Origin: Archangiaceae bacterium
Lineage (GTDB): Bacteria > Myxococcota > Myxococcia > Myxococcales > Myxococcaceae
DNA: 35,903 nt
Direction of reading: 5' to 3'
Assembly (NCBI GenBank): GCA_043750125.1
Contig: JAYVCD010000039.1
Location: 1 to 35,903 of the forward strand
Below are positions 15,830 through 24,351 of the stretch, piece by piece. The notes under the pieces are model-generated. The model was not told the origin of the DNA. It was given only the letters and a program-made list of their open reading frames with translations, and did no database searches. The translations under genes were made by a program, and so were the position numbers. Position 1 is the first letter of the stretch, and each line of letters opens with the position of its first letter.

Positions 15830-17944
15830 CTGAAGCGCGTGCCTTTTGCTTTGCTTGCGTTTGTTGCTGCGACGTGGGGGACCCAAATCCGGGCAGAGGA
15901 ATCGGCCCGCGATGCGGGCACGAACGTCGACATCTTCGACGTTTCACTCGAAGACATGCTCAACCGGCCGATTGAGATCTCGACGAAGACGGCGAGCACA
16001 CTCGATGAGGCTCCTGGAACCGTGGCGATCATCGATCGCGCGGCGATTGAAGCTTCCGGTGCGCGCACCCTGGGGGAACTGATTCGCATGGTGCCCGGCT
16101 GCGATTCATCGAGGGTGTCGATCAGCAACGGAGATCCGGTCGACACTTTCTTCGCGCGCGGCGTTCGCAGCGACATGAGCCAGACCACGCTCATCCTGTT
16201 GAACGGGCGAAACAAGTTCAACGACCTGGTGTTCGCCTCTCCGGGGTTGTCTCACCGCATCAGCGCCTCGATGATCGAACGCATCGAAGTCATTCGCGGC
16301 CCAGGTTCGGCGCTCTACGGAGGCAGCGCCTTCGCGGGGGTGATCAACGTGGTGACCCGCGATGCCGCCGGCACCGACACCCTCGATGCGACGGCGCTGT
16401 ACGGGCAAGGCAACCAGGTCAACGCCCACGCGCTGGGCCGGGCGAAGGTTCGCGGGTGGACCGTGGCGGGGCAGGCGACCTTCCTCTACGACGAAGGCAA
16501 GTCTTACGAGTCGCTGCGCTACGACTTGAGCTACCCGCCCAGCCGCGGAGGTGGGTTCGAGCTCGCCCAGCACGAAAAGATTACCGACGGAATCCGGCCC
16601 AGCCTCGATGTGTCGGTCAATGTCGCTTCGCCGGACAACATCGCGCGCGCGCAGGTCTGGTACACCAACCACAACCCCCACCCCTTCCTCGTCGACCTGT
16701 ACCCAACGCCGGCCCTGCGCAAGTACCAGTACCAGGTCAGCCAGTTGATGGTGAACGCCGACGTAAACCCGACCCCGCATCTCAGCATCGGAGCGCACTA
16801 CTCCCTGATGAGCCGTGAAGTCCGCGGGTTGATTTCGCCCGCCCAGGGTCCGCCGGCGATCAACATTCGCCTCGACCCGACGGCGGCGTATGGCGACGAA
16901 GACATCTTCGGAACCTTTCAGCGCAGCGACCAGCTGCAGCTCGACGTCAATTACAAGCAAAAGCTTGGAAGCCATTCGCTGCTGCTTGGAGGCAGCGGCT
17001 CGCGCGAGAACCAGTGGGATTCGCGGACGACGTTCTGGGGTCGACACTGGGACCCCGCGCTCGAGGCCCGCGAAGTGACATCCACGGACCCGCTCGAGGG
17101 CCTGGTGGCCTATGCGCCTCACGTTCGTTACTCGGGTGCGATTTTCCTGCAGGACGAATGGCAGGTGCTCAACGCGCTGACCATCACCGGCGGGGTGCGT
17201 TACGACCGGTACGACGACGTAGCGGATGCGTTGATTTTCAGCCCTCGCATCGCGGTCGTCTGGGCGCCGCTGAAGAACCACATCTTCAAGGCGATGTATG
17301 GGCAGGGGTTTCGCCCCCCGTCGACCTTCGAGCAGCAGGGCATCATCTCGGGCTCTTCGACCGGCAACCCGCTGATCAGGCCCGAACGCATCTACACCGG
17401 TGAAGTCGCGTACATCACCTACTTCGAGTCGTTGCGATTGCAGATCAGCGGGTACCTCAGCCGGGTGGTCGACAACATCGTCAGCGTCGAAGACGGAGAT
17501 CCGAACAAGCCCAACCGGTATGGCAACGCGGGGCAGGTGTTCATCAAGGGGGCTGAGATCGAGATCCAGGGCCGCAACTTCTGGGTCAACTACTCGGTGA
17601 TCGATTCGCAGACGAGTACCGCCGACGGGTCGGTGCGGGTGACGCAGTTTCTCGCCAACCAGATGCTCAACGCCGGATTCAACGTCGAGCTGCTGCCGAA
17701 GCTGGGCTGGGCCAGCCAGCTTTACCTTCGCGGCCCGCGGCTGACGGCGACCAACGCGGTGACCGAGATCCAGGTTAGCCTCGACACCCGCCTGGTCTAC
17801 CGGCTGGGCCCGGTCGAAATCTTCGGGGGGATCACCAACTTGCTCGATCAGCAGTACCGCTTTCCGATCAACGACGGAGGGCGGTACCCCGTTCCGAGCC
17901 GTGGCAGAGAGTTTCAAATCGGCGTCGCGTACAAACTGAAATAA
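15830..17944 (+). CDS. TonB-dependent outer-membrane receptor
   Basis: Signal peptide, 'SLEDML' N-terminus, plug motif IERIEVIRGPGSALYGGSAFAGVINVVT, barrel motifs GVRYDRY, FSPR, FRPPS, NLLDQQY, GREFQIGVAYKL. Start is CTG 15830 or GTG 15839. Confidence 0.92.
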   Translation: MKRVPFALLAFVAATWGTQIRAEESARDAGTNVDIFDVSLEDMLNRPIEISTKTASTLDEAPGTVAIIDRAAIEASGARTLGELIRMVPGCDSSRVSISNGDPVDTFFARGVRSDMSQTTLILLNGRNKFNDLVFASPGLSHRISASMIERIEVIRGPGSALYGGSAFAGVINVVTRDAAGTDTLDATALYGQGNQVNAHALGRAKVRGWTVAGQATFLYDEGKSYESLRYDLSYPPSRGGGFELAQHEKITDGIRPSLDVSVNVASPDNIARAQVWYTNHNPHPFLVDLYPTPALRKYQYQVSQLMVNADVNPTPHLSIGAHYSLMSREVRGLISPAQGPPAINIRLDPTAAYGDEDIFGTFQRSDQLQLDVNYKQKLGSHSLLLGGSGSRENQWDSRTTFWGRHWDPALEAREVTSTDPLEGLVAYAPHVRYSGAIFLQDEWQVLNALTITGGVRYDRYDDVADALIFSPRIAVVWAPLKNHIFKAMYGQGFRPPSTFEQQGIISGSSTGNPLIRPERIYTGEVAYITYFESLRLQISGYLSRVVDNIVSVEDGDPNKPNRYGNAGQVFIKGAEIEIQGRNFWVNYSVIDSQTSTADGSVRVTQFLANQMLNAGFNVELLPKLGWASQLYLRGPRLTATNAVTEIQVSLDTRLVYRLGPVEIFGGITNLLDQQYRFPINDGGRYPVPSRGREFQIGVAYKLK

Positions 17945-17958
17945 GTCCGGAGTGAAAC

Positions 17959-18963
17959 ATGAGAGGCATTGTTGCAGCTGTACTGGCATTGGTCGTAGGG
18001 GTGTCTTGCGGACCTTCTGCCTCGACGACGCCAGCCCGGAAGTACCGCGTCGGCATGGTTCACTGGGCGGCCTATTCACCGCTGAACGTCGCCGCCGCGC
18101 AGGGCTTCTGGAAGGAACAGGGGATCGAGGTCGAGGTCGTGAACTATGTCGACAATGCGATCCTGAATTCCGACCTTCAGAGCCGAAAGATCGACATGGC
18201 GCTCGACATGGTCGGCAGCTGGGTCGACCTGTACATGCAGGGCACTCCGCTGACGGTGCTGGGCGAAACGGACTGGTCGAACGGGGGCGACAAGATCATC
18301 CTCAAGAACAGCGTCACTGATCTGAACAGCCTCAAAGGCCAGAAAATCGGCGTCTACTTGAAGCTGCTGTCGGTCGAGTTTTTCCTGGGCCGGTACCTGG
18401 CCGAGAACAATTTGAAGTTTACCGACTTCGAGGTCGTGCAGGCGTCGGGCCCGACAGCGCTCGCCGACGACTTCATCGCCGGCAAATACAACATCATCGT
18501 CAACTACGATCCTGAGGCCGTTCGATCTGTCACGGCCGGCAATGGCAAGGTTGTGAAGACGTCGCGGGACTTCGCGGGCGTCATTCCCGAAGGCTTCGTC
18601 GCCCGCACCGATCAGCTTCGCGGCATCCCCGAAGCCGACCTGGTGAAGTTCTTCAAGGGCTGGATCAAGAGCGTGAAGTGGACGAAGGACTCGGCCAACA
18701 AAGTGGCCTGGTACGAGATCTTGCGCACCAAAACGTTCGAGGGCGAAGGGCCCTTCACCGACGCAGACCTCACCGAGTTCGTCAGCAACGTCTCGGTTCA
18801 CGACCAGGCGACCCAGCTCGATCGCAACAAAACCGAGGGTGGCTTGACCCAGTACTTAAAGGACTCGAACACTTTTGCGCAGGACAACAAGCTGTTTACC
18901 CGCTCGTACTCGCCCGCCGACGTGTTCGACAACACGGCCATCGTCAAGGCGCTGTCGCAGTAG
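17959..18963 (+). CDS. NMT1/SsuA-like (PBP2) solute-binding lipoprotein
   Basis: GGAG RBS, lipobox VGVS-C, motifs WAAYSPL, DWSNGGDKI, LKGQKIGV, YDP. Confidence 0.85.
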   Translation: MRGIVAAVLALVVGVSCGPSASTTPARKYRVGMVHWAAYSPLNVAAAQGFWKEQGIEVEVVNYVDNAILNSDLQSRKIDMALDMVGSWVDLYMQGTPLTVLGETDWSNGGDKIILKNSVTDLNSLKGQKIGVYLKLLSVEFFLGRYLAENNLKFTDFEVVQASGPTALADDFIAGKYNIIVNYDPEAVRSVTAGNGKVVKTSRDFAGVIPEGFVARTDQLRGIPEADLVKFFKGWIKSVKWTKDSANKVAWYEILRTKTFEGEGPFTDADLTEFVSNVSVHDQATQLDRNKTEGGLTQYLKDSNTFAQDNKLFTRSYSPADVFDNTAIVKALSQ

Positions 18964-18982
18964 ACGAAACCCTATTTCATTC

Positions 18983-19012
18983 GCGCCCAGACGGCCTTCG
19001 CCGCCTGGGCGT
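18983..19012. terminator. GC-rich hairpin between convergent genes
   Basis: GCGCCCAG-A-CGGC-CTTC-GCCG-C-CTGGGCGT stem-loop about 20 nt after the SBP stop; no clear U-tract. Confidence 0.4.
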
Positions 19013-19077
19013 GGGCCACAAGGTCGTCAATCTTGACGTCCGACACCCTGCGCTTCGTCGGGTACTGACCCAGCGGG

Positions 19078-19748
19078 TCACTCACAGGCCGCTTTGATCT
19101 GAGCGTCCGTGAATTTCAGTTCGCTCAGCTTGAGCACCTGGTCCACGCTGCATTTGGGTCGAGTCGCAGGTGGAGGTTGTGCTGCCGGCTGGGTCTCACT
19201 GGGCCAGGGGGTCGGATCATCCGTCGCGGGTGCGGGCGCAACGGCGCCAGATGACGCGGGGGTCAGCGCGCCTGTGGCGGGCGTGCCCTCGAGCGCCGCG
19301 ACCACCGTCGGGGCGTTCAACAATCGGAAGAAAATGGCTGCGGTTTGTTGCGACAGCTCCGGTTGAGAGAAACGTTCATCAAGGGTCGAACGTCTGGTCG
19401 CGAGTGTTCGTCCGTCGGGCCCGACAACCTCGAGGCCGACGTCGTGGCGGAGGTTCATCCGGGAACTAATTTCGTTATGCCAGTCATAGACCGTGAACAG
19501 CAGACCGAACTTCTCATCCGGATGACGGGGCCTCGCGGCTTCCCGTGCTTCGGCGGAGTCTTTCGCAGGCCGCACTTCGTAGATGCGGAACAGCTGGTAG
19601 GCCTGAGGAATCATCCATCTGAGCTGCTTTCCAAGATCGGTCGCGAGCGGCTCGCCTGAATCGGTGTGCTTTGGATACGGGATGCCGGCCATCACCCCGA
19701 GCACGCCACTGCCAGTCCCAGGCAGGCGAGGGCTCTGATCTGCCCCAA
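19078..19748 (-). pseudogene. Lipoprotein gene with a 1-nt frameshift right after the signal peptide
   Basis: TTG 19748 reads MGQIRALACLGLAVACSG then TGA. The body (MAGIPYPKH...KAACE) is in another frame. One extra C (TG[C]ATG, between 19692 and 19693) gives ...ACSG-C-MAGIPY. Confidence 0.6.
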
Positions 19749-19762
19749 GCGAGAATGGCCCT

Positions 19763-20532
19763 TCACTTGAGGCACATCACCGAGTGGGTGCTCGTCACCG
19801 GTGCGATGCAGGTCGAGGGCAGGCAAGTAAAGCCAGGGGTCATGGCGAAGTAGGCACTTCCGCCGGTCACCAGGGTCGTCGTCCACGTGTCCCATACCGC
19901 GGGGAACGCCGCGTTGCAGTTGTTGAGCGTTCCGGTTTGGACACAGCACTTCAGCAGCGCCCCGGCTTCTGCCCGGCTCGGCAGCCTCATTCCCACACTC
20001 TGACAAAAGGAAACGGCGTCGGCGTGAGCCTTCGCCCGCTCCGCCCGTTCCGCCGCCCGCGCCCCCAGCGCCGACGGTGCACTGGTTCGGATTCGTGCCG
20101 CCCAGGGGGCACGCGTAGCCGCGGCAGGTGGTTCCCGCTCCGAAGAACTTCCCCTCGCAGCTCGACGCGTTGGCGCGTTGTTCGCAAAGTAGGCGGTTCA
20201 GATTGCTCTCAAAAAAATCCGCACGCACCGCTGGACGTGGTGCCCCCGCCCCCTCCGGTGCCCGTGCCGTTACTTCCCGAACACTGGCTCGCGGTCGACA
20301 AGCCGTTGGGTTGCCCACTGGAGTACGTACATCGCGTCCCGGCTCCACTCGCACCGCACGTGTTGTCGAGGGGACACCAATAACAATCACTGCGCAGATT
20401 TTCGGCGACGCACGAGCTGCAGCTTGAGAGTGCGCCGCACGGATAAGAGCCGCCGAGATCCGGAAGCGACAAGCAAGCGCTGATGGACAGAACACCCAAA
20501 CCGACGAAGAGCGGACGCGAGAATCGGGGCAG
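19763..20532 (-). pseudogene. Modular Cys/Gly-rich lipoprotein split across three frames
   Basis: AAGGAG plus CTG 20532, lipobox ISA-C, PSI-like Cys module and Gly linker. First shift at the A7 run (20211-20217), then a second Cys module and Gly linker. Second shift near 20030 leads into AHADAVSFCQSVGMRLPSRAE...VMCLK. Confidence 0.7.
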
Positions 20533-20589
20533 TGGAGACTCCTTCCAACCTGGTTGAGCAAAATGAATCGGAAGCGGTCGACCCGGGGC

Positions 20590-21288
20590 TCAGGGCTTTT
20601 GCGCAGCCTTCCCGTTGAGCTTCACCAGGCGAACCTGGGCGAACTTGAAACAATTCTTGTAGACGTTCTTCGCCTCGACATCGGTGACGCCATATGCGGA
20701 CCCCGCAAGGCTGTCGTAGGTCACGAAGGTCTGCGACCAATTCGGGCTGCCGGTGGTGTTGGTGCCGAAGCCAGCGCCGGGACCCTTGATCACCCCGACG
20801 TCGAAGCTGGCGAAGATGCGCTTTCCACCGGTCGTGACGTACTGACGGCCCTGGGTGTCCTGAACTTCCGCCAGCCACTGCACGTTCGCGAGCGAACCGG
20901 TGCCCGCCCAGCTGACGACCGCCCCCTGGGTCGGCTCGCCGAAGTAGTAGCTCGCGTCGTAGCGAAGCGTCAGCGTGGTGACCTCGGTGGTCCCCTCGAA
21001 CACCGGCACGTTCGTCGCCGGGAGATCCCCCTTGTTGCCGTAGGTGCTGCTCGTGCAATTCGTGGAGCCGACCGGAATCGCGACGGTGGTCGTGGTGGCG
21101 CTGACGGTCACGGGCGTACCGGCCCGCGTCCCACCGCCACCGGCGCCGGAGCCCGATCCGCCTTGTGTTCCTCCGCCCGATCCGCCGCCACAGGAGATGA
21201 TCAGGATGCTGAACGCGAGCAGCGCGGGGGGCTTTCGGAGAATTTTTTCTGGAATCAGATCACAGCACCGGAAGGTGTTCGTCGTCAT
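20590..21288 (-). CDS. Hypothetical lipoprotein with Gly-rich linker
   Basis: LLAFSILIIS-C followed by GGGSGGGTQGGSGSGAGGGG and a Thr-rich beta domain with a Cys pair. Start codon uncertain. Confidence 0.7.
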   Translation of the reverse strand: MTTNTFRCCDLIPEKILRKPPALLAFSILIISCGGGSGGGTQGGSGSGAGGGGTRAGTPVTVSATTTTVAIPVGSTNCTSSTYGNKGDLPATNVPVFEGTTEVTTLTLRYDASYYFGEPTQGAVVSWAGTGSLANVQWLAEVQDTQGRQYVTTGGKRIFASFDVGVIKGPGAGFGTNTTGSPNWSQTFVTYDSLAGSAYGVTDVEAKNVYKNCFKFAQVRLVKLNGKAAQKP

Positions 21289-21372
21289 TGGCCATACTTG
21301 GCCACTTCCACTGAGTGCCGCGTCCCCCAAACAGGGGAGATGCGATCATTTTCAGGCGTACCGGAGGGCCGG

Positions 21373-22116
21373 TTACGTTTCAGAGATGGCAGTGTGCCTC
21401 ACGCGGGCTGCAAGATCCTGCGCCTCGCGAGAGTCCTGTGCAGTCAGTCGCTGGCGCACCACGATCAGCCCATCAGCGGCCGCGAGCAGGCTTTCCCCTG
21501 CCGCATTGCAGCAGATGAGGTGGCCCTTTCCATCGAGGATGGCAGTCGCTCCCGGCACGACGTCAAGCGCCCGGCGCAGGTCGGCCAGGTCCCGCTGGAG
21601 TGAATGCACAGTCTCGCGCAGCCGCAGCGCCCGCCCCAGGTGGGGCAGCAACCGCTAAAGCTGCTGCGCGTGGGCAGGCTCAAATGCCCCCGCGCTTTTC
21701 GGCCGCATGAAGGATTGCCCCCCGAGCAGATTCGGGGCGATCTGGAAGTTCACGAACAGCGTGTAGCGAACGTTGAACCTGCTCAGAAAGTCGTTGTAGA
21801 TGGCTGAGCTCTCAAAAAGCTTCGGATCAATGACCTGCGCATCCGAGAGCACGCAGCCCGGAGAGCCCGAGGCGGCCAGAAAACGCGGATCCTGGGAAAG
21901 CCAATGGCTCTCGTAGTCTCCGAACGAAGCGTCGTCATGGCCGTGGGCGTGCGTTTGGAGGACCTGGCCATTCGCCTCGAGGACCATCACGTGCGCCTGG
22001 TGGGCGCCGAAGATCCCGGAAAGCTCTTTGAGGAACGGCCGAAGCCCCTCGGGTGAATCCGCGCAATCGTAGAGACTGCCGACGAGACCGTGGTCGAGCA
22101 AGTCACGAGGGCTCAT
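21373..22116 (-). pseudogene. Remnant of a GAF/PAS-LuxR-type transcriptional regulator
   Basis: Family-like segments LVGSLYDCA, QDPRF, SAIYNDFL, LLPHLGRALRL, ILDGKGHLICCNAAG. In-frame TAG at 21655-21657. Ends at 21373 with no HTH. Confidence 0.7.
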
Positions 22117-22238
22117 CAGCCCTGAACCATAGGCGAACGCGTGAGTGAAGGATGCACCGACGCTCGAAGCCCACCCACCTCGGGGCGCTCGACGTTGGGC
22201 CGTCGTGAATGCATGGTTCGGCGCAGCACGGAGCGTGA

Positions 22239-22515
22239 ATGGAAACCGCGCAGTTGGAAGCAAACAAGAATCTGGTTCGTCGGCTCTTCCAGGACGTCTT
22301 CAACGGCGGCGACCTCGAGGCTGCCACTTCCCTGGTCCATGCCGACTACGTGCAACACAGTCCGCTGGCTGCGCCGGGGATCTCCGGGCTGATTGCCTTC
22401 GTCAACGATCTGCGCAAGGCGTTCCTAGACCTCCGGATGACCATCGAGGACCTGGTGGCTGAGGGGGACAGGGTGGTTGCGCGAATGACAGGCGAGGGCA
22501 CCCACCAAAGCGAGT
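22239..22515 (+). pseudogene. 3'-truncated SnoaL-like ester cyclase
   Basis: NKNLVRRLF, AFLDLRMTIEDLVAEGDRVVARMTGEGTH are canonical. The expected continuation (G-I-P-P-T-G-K and the final strands) is replaced by antisense sequence of the neighbour up to a stop at 22604. Confidence 0.7.
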
Positions 22516-22519
22516 CGAT

Positions 22520-22750
22520 CGACCACTCGGGCAGTCCCCAAGGCCTGGCACGCTCGTTCCAGGTAGTGATTTCAATGCGCGGGGTCAGCGAGATCACGTC
22601 TTGATCCGGCGATACCCACCGCTCGTAGCCGACGGTCGCCCCCGGAACGAGGAACGGGGAGATCCATTTTCGCACCCCGGCCTGCACTCCGGCACCGAAG
22701 CAGCCGCAGAGAATGAGCGACAGCACCGGGAGCCAACGATGAGCTCCCAT
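22520..22750 (-). pseudogene. 3'-truncated lipoprotein / outer-membrane protein fragment
   Basis: MGAHRWLPVLSLILCG-C lipobox and beta-strand-like segments. After about 22520 the frame is the antisense of the SnoaL gene. Confidence 0.5.
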
Positions 22751-22892
22751 CGTGCGATGGCTCAGATTCTGTCTTCAGCTGGGGCGCCGAACACGGGTCC
22801 TAAGTCTCTATCAGGAGCCTCGTCCACGAACGACGAGCAGGCCGAGCGGCGAAGCCACGGACGGCGGCAAGCCCGTTCTGGCCTGACGCTGC

Positions 22893-24305
22893 TCAGGGTC
22901 GCAGCACCAGCACCCGCGGCTCGGTGAGCTCTTCCATCGCGTAGCGAACGCCTTCGCGCCCGAGGCCCGAGCCCTTCATTCCGCCGTAGGGCATCGAGTC
23001 GCTGCGAAAGCCGGGGCTGTCGTCGATGATGACTCCGCCCACTTCGAGGGTGTGGAAGGCGCGGCGAACCCGGCGCAGGTCGCGGGTGAAAACCGCCGCC
23101 TGCAGCCCGTAGTCGCCGTCGTTCGCCTCGGCAAGGGCAGACTCGAAGTCCGGGCTCTTCGACAGCAGGGCCACGGGCCCGAAGACTTCTTCCCGGTACA
23201 GCCGGGTGTGGCGCGGGACCTGCGTCAGCACCGAAGGCCACAGCAGCCGCCCCTCGCGCTTGCCGTCCAGCAGCACCTGCGCGCCCGCCGCCTTCGCTTC
23301 TTCTACCCATTGGGTGATTCGATCCGCTCCGGCGTCGTTGATCACCGGCCCGACGAGCACATCTTCCTTCCGGGGGTCTCCAATTGCGAGGCGCCGGGTA
23401 TGGGCGAGGAAGAGGGCCACGAAAGCGTCCCAGGCCCGGGCGTCGACGATGATTCGCTGGGTCTTGATGCACACCTGCCCCGCGTAGCCGAAGGCGCTGG
23501 CCGCGAGGCGCGAGGCCGCCCGCTCGAGATCGGCGTCGTCGGCGACGATGGCGGCGGCGTTTCCCCCCAGCTCGAGCAACGCCTTTCCCGCGGCTTGGCG
23601 CTTCAAATGCCAACCGACTTTGGCGCTGCCGGTAAAAGACAGAATGCGCACCCGGGGGTCGGTCGCCAGTGTCTCGGCGACGGCATTGTCGCAGGGCAGC
23701 ACCTGCAGCGCGGCCTTGTCGGCGCCCGAAGCGAGCGCGATCTCGGCGAGGACCAGCTGCGCGGACGGCGCTTGCGGGGGTGGCTTGACGATGATCGGAG
23801 CGCCGACCGCCAGGGCCGGGGCGACTTTGTGCGCGCCGAGGTTGAGCGGAAAGTTGAAGGGCACGATCCCCACCACGACGCCCGCGGGGAACCGTCGCAC
23901 TTCGCACTCGGTGCCTTCCTGGCCCGGCGCGAGGTCGATCGGCAGACCTTCGACCCCGAAGCGGGTCAGCTCAGCTGCGGCCACGGTGAACGTTTCGACC
24001 GCGCGGGCGACCTCGATTCGGGCCAGCGAGATGGGCTTCCCGGCTTCGTCGCAGATGAGCTCAGCCAGCTCGGCCTGACGGGTGCGCAACCCCTGGGCGA
24101 TCGCCGTGAGCAGCGCGCGCCGGGCCCCGGTGGACTGGGCCTGAAGTCGGGGGCGCGCGGCCACCGCATCGCGAAGCGCGTCCTCCACATCGACGTTCGA
24201 GGCTTGAGCCACCCGGCCGAGGCTCCGCGCATCCCACGGGCTCTTCAGCTCGACGAGGCCCTGCCCGTCTCGCCACGTTCCATTTACGAGCAGCTTTCGA
24301 TTCAT
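22893..24305 (-). CDS. Aldehyde dehydrogenase family protein
   Basis: PFNFPLN, SFTGSAKVG, LELGGNA, catalytic Cys GQVCI, EEVFGPV, MPYGGMKGSGLGREG. Confidence 0.95.
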   Translation of the reverse strand: MNRKLLVNGTWRDGQGLVELKSPWDARSLGRVAQASNVDVEDALRDAVAARPRLQAQSTGARRALLTAIAQGLRTRQAELAELICDEAGKPISLARIEVARAVETFTVAAAELTRFGVEGLPIDLAPGQEGTECEVRRFPAGVVVGIVPFNFPLNLGAHKVAPALAVGAPIIVKPPPQAPSAQLVLAEIALASGADKAALQVLPCDNAVAETLATDPRVRILSFTGSAKVGWHLKRQAAGKALLELGGNAAAIVADDADLERAASRLAASAFGYAGQVCIKTQRIIVDARAWDAFVALFLAHTRRLAIGDPRKEDVLVGPVINDAGADRITQWVEEAKAAGAQVLLDGKREGRLLWPSVLTQVPRHTRLYREEVFGPVALLSKSPDFESALAEANDGDYGLQAAVFTRDLRRVRRAFHTLEVGGVIIDDSPGFRSDSMPYGGMKGSGLGREGVRYAMEELTEPRVLVLRP

Positions 24306-24351
24306 AGGTGGATGAATACCGCCCCCGGTCTCGGCTCGCACTTGGGGTCCG

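Noticed and set aside
19692..19694. TGA at a lipobox Cys position as possible selenocysteine
   Set aside because: That frame closes again within about 30 codons; a 1-nt deletion explains the sequence better.
21655..21657. In-frame TAG as possible pyrrolysine or readthrough
   Set aside because: The gene also lacks its HTH and lies among other pseudogenes; TAG is an ordinary stop elsewhere in the window.
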